DNA of 64,000 nt from Callorhinchus milii (GCF_018977255.1 NW_024704743.1:2420001-2484000), one strand, 5' to 3'; positions 52,225 through 63,242 are shown, counted from the first letter of the stretch. The notes: generated by a model from the letters alone, not told the origin. Program-made: numbers and translations.

Positions 52225-52810
52225 ATAATATGCACGTGCTACTAACACAAAGCAGTGCTTCCGTAACAAGTCTTTTCCAACAATTTATGGATCATCAACG
52301 GGGGGAAAAAAAAACAAGTTTAAAAAAAATGAAAGAATGCAATGAAACAAACTGACAAAGCAGACTTCTACTTCCTACCGATTTCTGAAGTCTCTTTAAT
52401 ATGGGCCTGATACAAATTAACTTCAATGGGCACTACAAAAAAAAAGTCATCTGGTCGTAAAATACAGTACATGGTCAGTTTTATGTAAGTTTGCCAAAAG
52501 GGATGCAAACCAGGACAATCTCAAACTGCGACACAGGATTGAAGTGTATTAAAAATCTTTTTTTCTCATCCATTGTGCTGTCTTTTTGCTCAGGTTTATA
52601 GACATTTTGAGCACCAATATTGGCCTCTTCACTTCCATCTGGTGGATCTAATTAATTAGTCAAGGAAATCACTGCAATTTTCATACTGCTCTCTTTATTA
52701 ATAGACTTTTTTAAGCGTTTCAGTTAAGACTCTCAAACTCACAGCTGCTACATTTGAGTTCAATGTTTTGTAATGTCTGGATAATTGGGATAATTGGTTA
52801 GGATGCTGAT
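52225..52810. promoter_or_regulatory. ZRS / MFCS1 Sonic hedgehog limb-fin enhancer ortholog in LMBR1 intron 5
   Basis: Lies between exons 5 and 6. It contains blocks I recognise from tetrapod ZRS: TTCCAACAATTTATGGATCATCA, AATGAAAGAATGCAATGAAA, GGCCTGATACAAATTA, AGTCATCTGGTC.TAAAATACAGTAC, TTTTATGTAAGTTTGCCAAAAGGGA, AAACCAGGACAAT, TTTATAGACATT, CTAATTAATT, GGATAATTGGTTAGGATG. The region is repeat-free. Confidence 0.96.
52630..52645 (-). promoter_or_regulatory. Weak CTCF-like motif inside the ZRS
   Basis: Minus strand CCACCAGATGGAAGTG: 11/11 of CCASYAGRKGG, then mismatch at the following C. Confidence 0.45.
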
Positions 52811-54169
52811 GTCATTTGACTGTTTTAGATGAACATGTGGATAATATCACTCTCAGATTATTTTCACAGGTTTGTATCAGCAAAATGTCATGACACAGAC
52901 ACTCGTTTCTGTATGTGGTTAGGCTTCAGATTTTATTTTGGATTTCTCACTAGGCGGATAACTGCTGCACTCTGTCAATACTTTTAAAACAAGAAATTTT
53001 AATATATCATTTATTCGGGAGAGAGTCTGCAGGACGGGTCACCGTTAAGAGTCAAGAACAAGAATGAAAGGCCTAATCCTTACACCGTGCCAACAACCGA
53101 CTCAATCAGGATCGCAATGTTCCTCACTTTCATTCCGTCTCCGAGGTGTCTTTAACACCCGACCAAATAAAAACATCAAAGCTTTACTTGAACGGCAAAG
53201 GATTTTTTGAAATTTCAGAAGCATTGACTATGAAGTAGCGTAGAGTCTACATACAGGACAGCTCAACACCTCAGTTCATTTTAAAAGCCGTCTGTTGAAA
53301 TACAACCTGACGTCTGGTTTATACAATCATAACTTCTGCCTGATCACAAACCAAGACAGACGAGGAGAGTCCAGGTCACACAAGATCCAGATGACATTTT
53401 AAATTCTAACCTCAAATAGCGTTCGGCTTGTACAACAGTAATTATGACCCCAATATAAGCTCCTACTGTGCAAATAGAGGAAGAAAAAGCAGAGCTGAAC
53501 AGTTACAAGAGTTACTCATTACTGTGACACAAATCTTATAACACAGTCAAATAGCTTTTTTTTTTAAAAAAAACTTTTTGCAGGCATCATTTCTATGGTG
53601 TGCGTTTTTAAAAAAAACACGTCATTAATAACGGCAGTCATAGACGTTAAGCCCAATTAAAGAACAAGGAACGATCCACCAACAGTCCATTTATAATCTG
53701 TCCTCAAGTGAGCAAGGAGAAAACTAGGATAGTTTTAAAATCACTTAACTCCTCCCCTCAACGTTTTGACCTTATATATTTTTCTACACCAGCATATCTG
53801 ATTTTGTTTCGTCTTTTCTTCGGAAGTGAAGAGATAATATTGCTTAAGATCATTTAATTTATCCCCAGGTTCTCCCCACCCTACACCACTGCTCTTGTTG
53901 AAAGGAAAGATCGAAGACCTCAATGAAAATGTGCCCGATTGTAAAATAGTCCAGGGAGGTTTACATTCATTTTAAAAGCCGTTTTAAAGGGGTCCAGGGA
54001 ATTAAATATTTTGTTTTGCCCACAAAACATGGTCAATTAACTTTACAGAAAACCCTGGGATGCTCTTTTGAGACGTCTCGCAGACGTGATGAGGCGCTAT
54101 ATCAAATGCAAAGATTATTATTCTCATTTTCCATCCCTTTTGGATATATGGGAGGGAGGAAAATACCAA

Positions 54170-54500
54170 AGGTGCAGTCAGAGAGGAACATCTTGAGCCA
54201 GTGAGCAGCAAGTTGACACAGTTAAGCCTGGACATGATGAATGCATGGATTCGGGCTTTGGCAGCCCAAGACTAGAGGTAGGAATGTTACGCAGTTGGAG
54301 GAAAGCTGAGTAGTTCAGAGCACGGAAGTGAGAGTCACACAAGACACCATGGTTTCCCACTGGCCCTGCGAGGTGGAGAGGGCATCCATGAAGATAGACG
54401 CTGTCAGCGCTTGAGGAGAGTAGGCGCTGATGGGAGTCAAGCGGTGGTGGGTGGGGGGTTCTGTCTTGTTGATGTTCAACTGGAGAAAGCTAACAACTAT
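54170..54500 (-). mobile_element. L2 LINE fragment
   Basis: GTCTTGTTGATGTTCAACTGGAGAAAG (FLQLNINKT on the minus strand). Confidence 0.7.
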
Positions 54501-55826
54501 CGAGGATTAAGGTTGGAGGCAGATATAACTGTGTGTAAACATACAAGAAAATATGAATGCACCTAGTAAATAAGAAATGGGGAATTAATTTGCCCACATT
54601 AATAGTCAAGTAAGCTACTTATTCCTCTGTCTAAAAACCCATCCCGATACACGTCCACAAGTCAAACATGTAATACAAACAGGGGACTCGATGTCCTTAT
54701 ATACGATGACTTAACTCAGCCTACAACTTTTAAAGGGCAACCAAATTCATAACGCAAGGCTAAAAAAAAAAACTTTGTTAATAAGCTATATGTATGCATG
54801 AGATATTAAATTCTTCCTTTTGTCAGCAAGGTTAATTAAACGTCCGTGCACTCAGTAATGTAGGTCATTCCTTCCAATCCCCTGGTAGTGTTTTGAAACA
54901 TGGACATTGAAAAAGCAGGAAGGGAGCGAGATTTAGTGCGTGTGGCTCCCCAATACCAACTGTGCTTCCCCATCAGAAGTGTGCAACAAGCATATTCAAC
55001 ATTAGAAAACCGAGAATCTTACCCTTCAGTAACAGATACAGCTATTTAATCCATTGGTTTCCTCAACTAACACTGGGACTGAAGGCTACAAAACAAAACA
55101 AGTGAGCTACTTAGGGAAAGAATTAAAGAAAACCTCTCGTTATAACGCGGTGACGTCACGTTCATATAACGCGTTAGGGAACAAAGACTAGCCATACAAT
55201 GCTATAAACCAAATACGAGGGAATCCTGAAGTGAAGACTACCAAAAGGCATCTGAATAAAAACAGGATTGTAATCCATAGAATCATGGGCAGTAACAGCA
55301 GCCCCTGCCGGGAAGCGAAGAGCAACAAGCACACTGACCAACAACAACAACAGCTTACATTTGTATAGCGCCTTTCACGTCAGGAGGAGCTGCCCTCAAC
55401 TGAATAGCCAACTTCTGACCAGAACTCAAAATATCTATTCATCCAATTTACAGAGAAGAGTTCATCAGTTTTGGTGAAGCGAAAAATAGCACAACCCTCG
55501 AACGTTCAAGTAACACCCATATACATCTCTCCATCTCCAAACCATTTTTTTTTTACTCAATTTTTTCTGGGGGATATCAAAACAGAGGGTTCCTTTTCGA
55601 TACGACTTTCTCCAGTTAAAAGTTACATTGCTTCGAATTAAAACTTTTAAAGAGTTAAGCACATTGAAAGCTAAACAGTAAAAATAAATGTTTTAGCACC
55701 AAATGGCTAGAGATCACATTTGATCACTTGACATGACTAGACATAGAGGGGAGAGCTTTACTTTTTAATAAAGATTGCCATGATTTGCATCTGTTTTTAC
55801 AAAAATCATCCAAAATACATATGTAC

Positions 55827-55930
55827 CTTTTTTGATCCGGCAAATCCTTCTGACTCCAGGAAAAAATAGGCGAAAGGCATCAGCACAAATAATGAGAGGT
55901 TGGAGAAGAGGGATACAAGATTCCATAGTC
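55827..55930 (-). CDS. LMBR1: LMBR1 exon 5 (104 nt): GLWNLVSLFSNLSLFVLMPFAYFFLESEGFAGSKK
   Basis: ttttag|GACTATGG...AAAAAG|gtacat. Contains the LMBR1 signature MPFAYFFLESEGFAG. Confidence 0.97.
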
Positions 55931-58842
55931 CTAAAATGATAAATTCCAAAATCAGAAAACAAAATGCATAAATGGAAGCAAAAATAGCACAAATTGAACC
56001 TGTGACATATTTTTACATTAAAGTAATCTCCAAATTAACCTCCACAAATGGACTAAACTTTCTTTTCAAAGTGATGCAAGCGAACAAGCGAGATTAGAAA
56101 ACTTGACAATAAACGAAAATATAATGAAAGAATAAAACAAAGTGAAATTCAACAGCATCTCACATATTTACTTCATTTGTTAAAGCAATAAAATGCTTCT
56201 TAGTATTAAGGGTGTCCAATTCTGTACAGAAGAGGAATAACATTTCAAGAGATTAACCCAATGCTAATTTCAAGGAACACAAACACATTCTTTAGAAGCA
56301 AGCTTAAGCACAACAACTTAGAGTTGACAATTTGTGCCCCTTTCAGACATATGTTTAACTAGCACACCACATATTCCTGGCAATGATACTCTGGCCTACC
56401 GCATATAAAGGAAATTCCACGGTCACGCTTTATAGTATTTACGTGTAGGATCATTCCCATTCACTTAGTTTGAAAAAATACTGCTGTGAAATTCCTACTT
56501 GCCCATAAATGGGTAAGAGTGGAATTGAGCCAGAGAAAGACACATAATTGGTCTCAGAAGTCATTCCAAATAGTCTTGCTGCTGGAAATTATATAAATAT
56601 AAATAATAATAATAGTGAGTGACCACATTATATTTATTTTGAAGGAATTATTATGCCCGGAAAAGCGATCCACCAACTAACATTGACTAAAAACTGTGTT
56701 CCTAGTTACTGCTAGGTAAGCAGAGGCGTGTGTGTGGAGTAAAGAAACATGGCCAACGTTTCGCCCTGTCTGGGAATCAAACTCAGGTCCTCTCGCTTGC
56801 CAGGCGAGAGCTCTAACCACTAAAGGACTCCACATATAAGGGCAATACCTCCACTAACGTAGCAGCCCCCCAACACGACCGGTTGGGAGAATGTCTCGAG
56901 GTGCTGGGACATCACTCAAAACAATCTTGTTCTGCTTATTAAGCACAACTGTTGTAAAGGGGAAAAAATGGTGCTCTTGAAATAAAATAGTTATCAGCGT
57001 TTGAAAACACCAGGACCAGTAATGGCCTTTTTGGGGGTCACTCAGCCAGGTGAAAGTCTTGGCATCACCAGCTGTATCGAGAGAGCTCAGATACATACTG
57101 CAGTCAGGTTTCGAGTTGCTGTTTTAAGAATGCTCAATCTCTCTGCAGGTAGAGACACCTCAACAAACACAGGAAGGGGCAAGTCACAAAGGGCAGAAGT
57201 GGAATTGATCATTGAAAAGGACTACACTGGCTCAGTTTTACCATCTGCTCCAGCACAACTTCAACTTGCAACTAAACACAGAGGTCTTTTTGCAGAATGT
57301 TTCGAATTACCCATTGCAGTAACTGAGCCTCCTCAAAAACACCCCGTTTTAGCTCAAGTGAAATTGGCCAAACCTGTATCGCGTTTGCTAAGATTTAGAA
57401 TAATGTCAGATAATCTTTGTTTTATTTCCCTTAAGAAGATTACATTCTAAACCAAGAAAATCTCACAGGAAAACTGCAATAACACTGCCGTCCGTCACTG
57501 GGCTGTACAGAACTCATCTGCAGAACATTACTCAAAAGCTTTGTCCTGCTTATAAAGCATTGACCCATGTGAGGGAAAAAAAATTAAATCCTTAATACAG
57601 CTACTGTGGAGATTACATAAATGTTATACCATTTAGTTCCATTTGCTAGTTCAAGTAATTCAGTGAAATTCATGATATAAATCAGCATGTTTGGACATAA
57701 AATGACTGGGCTTATAACAACTCATATTTATATAGTCCCCTTCATGTAAAAACGTCCCAAAAAGCTTGATATATGTTGCAGTGCAAACCAGGCAGAAGAA
57801 CAGCAATTCAAAGATGTTAACCTAAGGTACAGTTAGATAAAATGGCTTTTTAGATTTTTGATTGCAAGTAGAAAGCGCAGGGCAAAATGGTTCTGTGAGC
57901 AAATTCCAGAGAATAGCGACCTGCTGGCTGAGAGCTCAGCTACAGAGATGGCGAAGAGAATGTGGAATACGCAATGAACCAGAAGGGCTCAAGCGTACGG
58001 TGTGGCAATGACAACGAAGGTTTGTGGAGTCCTGGAGCGTATTGGTTTGAGTTCTCACAGGCGAGAGGACCCGGGTTCAATTCCCGGGCAGGACAAAATT
58101 TTAGAGAAGTTTCCTTACTCCACACACCTCAGTGCTATATCAAATGCAACGATTATTATTATTATTTGCTATGACAACAACTTGCATTATACAGTACACA
58201 CTTTACAGTGTATTCTGTGAAGCGCTTTGAGACATCTCAAAGACGTGATCAGGCGATTATTAATGTTACTATTAAAACAAAATTAATTATTAACAAGTCC
58301 TTGTGATACTTACAGGCAACATGATTTTATTTTAAGCTGTGGTGTAACTTACAACTAAATGTTCTCTGGTTGCCCCTTCACTGAATCACAACCTGCAATT
58401 TACAAGTATCTGGACTCTTGTATGTTTTGAATAAATCTCTAAGATGCTGGCAATAACTATTAAATTTTCCTTGTGCAAACATAATTATGATAATAATAAT
58501 CCTTGCATTTGATACAGCGCCTTATCACGTCTTCGAGACGTCTCAAAGCGCTTCACAGAATACACTGTAAAGTGTACACTGTATATTTTGTGGGCAAAAC
58601 ACAGCTGCCAATTGTGCCCAGCAGCATAAAATGTACTACTTTAGTCATATTTTATAGACAAATATAAAATCTCATTGTCGGATTTTCACAACAGCAAAAG
58701 ATATAGCATTTACGTATCAGGGGTAATGGGGGTATCGATCAACTAAAACTGTCAAGTTAAAGGGAAGAAGAGACGAGCCATCTGCAGCTTTTGGCACGCA
58801 ATTTATCAGCCATCAGAAAAGCTGGCTGGAGGTATTGTACCC

Positions 58843-58861
58843 TAGCGCCACCTGCCGGTGT
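58843..58861 (-). promoter_or_regulatory. Strong CTCF core motif in intron 4
   Basis: Minus strand acaCCGGCAGGTGGCGCTAg versus consensus CCASYAGRKGGCRSY; one tolerated deviation. Lies in non-repetitive sequence. Confidence 0.7.
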
Positions 58862-60715
58862 TTTGGGGGTAACTAACTACAGTATAACATTGCACCATTC
58901 TTAGTGACTTCTCCAAATGTCATGTCACATTCCAATATTCAAGCAAAACCAGGTTAGTTCTGGGCCTTATAATCTAACCTGCACTTCTAAACTAAAATAT
59001 ATTCTAAAACATAGATACGCTCGGGCAAATCAAAGCAGGCGTTTTAATTTGACACCAAATCGACATGTCCAGAACTCATCAAATAAATAAGACAGCACAA
59101 TCTTTTTCAATGAACGGCTTATTAGTTTTGAATCATTAAACTCTCCAAATTTAAACAGTGACCATGAACTTGGCCCGGAAGTAAATTTGTAAAGTGCCCT
59201 TTTACTGTGTACAGTAAAGTAGCGGAAGGGAAGAAAAAAGTCAAAATCTCTCAAGGGTAAAATCCTGAGGACCGCATTACTTTGAACCAGCAAGTTTGGG
59301 CTAAAAGGGTTTTAATTAATAAAGAAAAAAAGTACCTAAAATGTCAATGATCTTCAAAAGGAATAAGCATCAGATGCTTTATATTTGGGGAGGAAGATGT
59401 CAAGACAGCTGTGCCATTTTCATCAGAATGCAATGACAAGATGCCTTAACATGGTCACTATTTTTGAAAAAAAAAGTCCACTGAACAGCTTTTATCTCTG
59501 TGACTGCACACTTTAAAAGGCTCAAATTCAACATTATCTTTTCAGATTGAATATGCCACATTGAACTCCACCTTAATATGGGTTGAATTGGGAAGCCTTA
59601 AAAGTGAGGAGTTCTAACCCCATTAATTGGTTGGGGATTCATAGATTAATTATTATTAACAACAGAATAATAACCGATCCTATTAATCAATTGGTTGTCA
59701 ATAGGTAGATAGATTCCGGGGATTGTAAAAAAAAATTTTTTTTAAATAAAATACAATTTTGGTAACTCGATCCAGTACTGTTTGTGGGTCACTGCTGTGC
59801 ACAATTGGCTGCTGCTCCTTGCCCACAAAATACATTCACTTTATAGTACGTTCTGTGAAGCGCTTTGAGACGTCTCAACGATGTGATAAAGCGCTATATC
59901 AAATGCAAGGATTATTATTAATATTTACTTGAGACTGCATCAATTGTAAGCAGCAAAGTTTGTTTACAGGTCTTGTTATCTTATAACAAAATAGGAACCT
60001 CAGAGCTATCAAAGCAAAAGGGTTACAGGACTGTAATAAATATGGAACAGAGAAACAAATGCATTTTTCAACAATATCTAAAAATCTAAAACCAATTCTC
60101 TGTGGCGGAGCTGTAAACTGAGAACCAAATCAATAGAGAAATGTCAAGTCCCAATGCTTTACCATTTAAAAAGAAAGCTTTGCAAATTCTTGTTTGAGCC
60201 ACAAGATGGCGGGGCTGCACATAGCTCTGTTCCAAAGCAACTAGCAATGTACCAAAAGACTTCCAAGAGATTAATAATAATCCTTGCGTTTGATATAGTG
60301 CTTTTCACATCTTCCAGACGACTCAAAGCGCTTCACAGGCTTTTCTGTAAAGTGAATTGACTGTATATTTTTCGGGTGAAACGCGGCAGCCAATTGCGCA
60401 CAGCAGCGTCCCCCACAAACGGTGGAAGGTAAGGAAGATAGAGCACTTGTGCAGCTCACCCAGGCTCCTGCCTGCATTGTATGAGCGTTCAGGCAGAAAG
60501 ATGGAAATCAAATGATTGCAGACTCAGTGGAAGACACCTCAAGGCATCGAACGATGGACAAAATATTTTAATTTCAAAAACTCTCATATGCATCCGTAAA
60601 GGAAACCAGATGATTAAAAACAAGTCAATCTGTCTCATTGGCTTTACGAATGCTGCAGCCTTGACTTTCGTTTATCATCCATTCTAAGAAACACAAGGCA
60701 AAAAACTATACCAAC

Positions 60716-60855
60716 CATGAATTAATGAACCATTCAACCACTGGATGTAGTAGTTTTGTGGGAAAGAAAGCAGGATCTCATTGCTGATGATTGAAAACGG
60801 CAACAGCAGAACTGCACCAGTGGACACAGCCAATGTAAATGTGCACAAATACATC
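60716..60855 (-). CDS. LMBR1: LMBR1 exon 4 (140 nt): MYLCTFTLAVSTGAVLLLPFSIISNEILLSFPQNYYIQWLNGSLIH
   Basis: ttttcag|G...CATG|gttggt. Contains the highly conserved LLLPFSIISNEILLSFPQNYYIQWLNGSLIHG segment. Confidence 0.97.
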
Positions 60856-61454
60856 CTGAAAACAACAACAAATAATTATTAAAAAGGGAACAATTAAAGG
60901 CATTTGTTTTAATATAAAGTCAAAACGGTTTTTAAAAACCACAACAAACCACATAACCACCTCCACTGAAAAATATTGAATCAGCTTATTGTGTCCTGGC
61001 CAACAATCCCCCAAATAAAATTGGTCACTCACTCCATGACTGTCTGTGGGACACTACTGTGTGAAACTGGCTGCTGCATTTCGCCCATAAAATACAGTCA
61101 ATAAACTTTACAGAGTATCCTGTGAAGCGCTCTGAGGCGTTTCAACAACGTGACAAAACACTATATCAAACGCAAGGATTATTATCATTATTATTAAATT
61201 ATCCCTAAGCTGCTCTGAGTTATTTGGGCAGCCCTGAACGACATTACAATTAGCTTATTGTCCCGAAATGAAAGGATTACAATGCGTTGATTTCATGATC
61301 AAGGTCAGCTGTGATGGTGTCTCTGCCCTTTCTTCCCCCCTTAAATCACATTTAGGGGCTGAGGTGGGTATAGCATTTGTTATTGAGCAAAGACTGAAAA
61401 TTGAAACTGGAATCCTCTCCATACACCCACAAAGCTCAGCTGCTCACTGAATTG

Positions 61455-61972
61455 TGGAGTCCTGTAGCTCAGTGGTTAGAGCATTCACCTCACAAGCGAG
61501 GGGACCTCGGTTTGATTCCCGCGTGGGGTGAAATATTAGGCAACTCTCCTTATTCAATACGCCTCTGTTTAGCTGCAGTAAATTGGAACCCGGTTGTTAG
61601 TCGATTGGCAGATTGCTTTATGGGGGTATAATGATGCTTTCAAAAATTAATTTAAAAAATAATAATTTTGTCACTCAATCTATGACTGTGGGGCACTGTT
61701 GTGCGCAATTGACTGCCGGGTTTCGCCCACAAAATATAGTCAATTCATTTTACTTCAGTTCTGACGAAGGGACCCACAATGTTGACTCACTTTCCTTTTT
61801 CCATAGATGCTGCCTGACCTGCTGAGTGTTCCCAGCCACTTCTGCTTTTGTTTTCAGATTTCCAGCATTTGCAGTGTTTTGTGTGTTTTTTTCACTTTAC
61901 CATATGTTCTAGGAAGCGCTTTGAGAAGTCTCAACAACGTGATAAGGCAAATGCAAAGATTATTATTATTAT
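61455..61972 (+). mobile_element. Dominant SINE containing a nested 137-bp insertion
   Basis: Head GGAGTCCTGTAGCTCAGTGG; tail resumes at 61891. Confidence 0.9.
61754..61890 (+). mobile_element. Penelope-like terminal-repeat relic (common shark-type repeat) with 10-bp TSD TTCA(T/C)TTTAC
   Basis: CTGACGAAGGG...CCATAGATGCTGCCTGACCTGCTGAG...TTTCAGATTTCCAGCAT resembles, from memory, chondrichthyan Penelope-associated repeats. TSD at 61744-61753 and 61891-61900. Confidence 0.6.
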
Positions 61973-63026
61973 AAACTAGTTGAGCCTTTTGCGAGTTCGT
62001 CTTACTGATTTTAGTCCTAGGTTAAACACTGATTCGCAAACATTTATTTTCACATCAATGAACTACAAGAACTGCAAAGTGATAGCAACAACACAGATAT
62101 GTACTCTTTTTCTCCAGCTCGCCTCTATTTTTCCCCCCTCCCTCAACTTTAAATACTCCACTGTTGAAGCACATTAATTGTGAATGTCCTGGTGGAAATA
62201 AAATCTTCCCCTTTACCAGACTGTGCCAAGCGAAGCATAAACCATTAATTATGCTTTTATTACTTTGGGAATCCAGGAGTTTGGGAAAAAATATCTTCCA
62301 TCATTAACTGCATCAACAATTATTAAAAAAAAGGATTTAGGTGACTTTTTAACTTGGACAGAAAAGTATTTCAAAGACGTGAGACACATTAACGAACATC
62401 ATCTAATCAGTTTAATTGATAAGAGATCTCTCGATATTAATTTAATTATTACTCAGGATCATCTGCCTTTCTTTCCCTTTCACCTTTGTATTACCAGAGG
62501 CTCCTGCGACATGCAGCTGGAAATGTGTTTTCCCAGAGGGTCACATTATCAAATTATTTTGAAGTCTTCGTAGGTTTCTGTGCATTGAAGTACTCTGTTT
62601 AAAAACTTGACTGCCGTGTTTTACCCACACAATAAACTCAATTCACTTTACAATATATTCTGTGAAGCGCTTTTAGACATCTCAGATGTGATATCAAATG
62701 CAAGATTTATTATTGTTGTATTATTGATTGGCAAAACATTGTGTGGAAATTTAAGGATCTTTCTAACATCTACAAGACAACTTCTGCATTTTATTCCAAG
62801 TTCTTAAGTTTACATGTAAAAATGTAGTAAGATTAGAGATATTGAGCTTGCAACTATTCGTTTCCATAAAATGTGCATTCCTGCAGCACCATAAAATAGC
62901 TTCAACCACAGCTATGGTGCAGTGGGTACATCTCTGCTCTTGCCCAGTTGAAAATATAATGTAGTAGTTTGGAAGGTGAGGGAAGCAAGATTTTAAACTG
63001 TAAGTGGACAAACAAGTGTATTTAAA

Positions 63027-63193
63027 TAATAATTATCCTTGCATTTGATATAACTCCTTATGGCGCCTTTGATACATCTCAAAGCTCTTTACAGAATACA
63101 CTGTGAAGTGAAGTGAACTGACTGTATATTTTGTGAGCGAAGCGTGGCAGCCAATTGCATACAGAGGCATCCCCACAAACAGTCGTGGATTGA
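63027..63193 (-). mobile_element. SINE 3' half ending about 8 bp from the exon 3 donor
   Basis: Family sequence ends at GTGGATTGA (63193); the donor is at 63202-63201. Confidence 0.85.
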
Positions 63194-63202
63194 AATACGT
63201 AC

Positions 63203-63242
63203 GAAATTCTGTTCACGATGGCATCTTCATCTTCATGATCAT
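63203..63242 (-). CDS. LMBR1: LMBR1 exon 3 (40 nt): (D)DHEDEDAIVNRIS
   Basis: Minus strand reads tttgcag|ATGATCATGAAG...AGAATTTC|gtacgt. The peptide matches the LMBR1 motif EDEDAIVNRIS, and the phase joins exon 4. Confidence 0.95.

Noticed and set aside
52471..52485. AAAACTGACC versus recalled human AAAAGTGACC as a natural Werner-syndrome allele
   Set aside because: The recalled mutation pattern (402C, 404G, 406A, 407T) fits the adjacent CTGTAT, which is intact here.
57001..57450. 149-aa plus-strand ORF
   Set aside because: Non-ATG start, no recognisable domain and no supporting exon chain; probably chance or an old repeat.
57914..57928. CTCF-like CCAGCAGGTCGCTA (minus), plus weak hits at about 11995, 14637 and 44797
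   Set aside because: They have mismatches at highly constrained positions or lie inside repeats.
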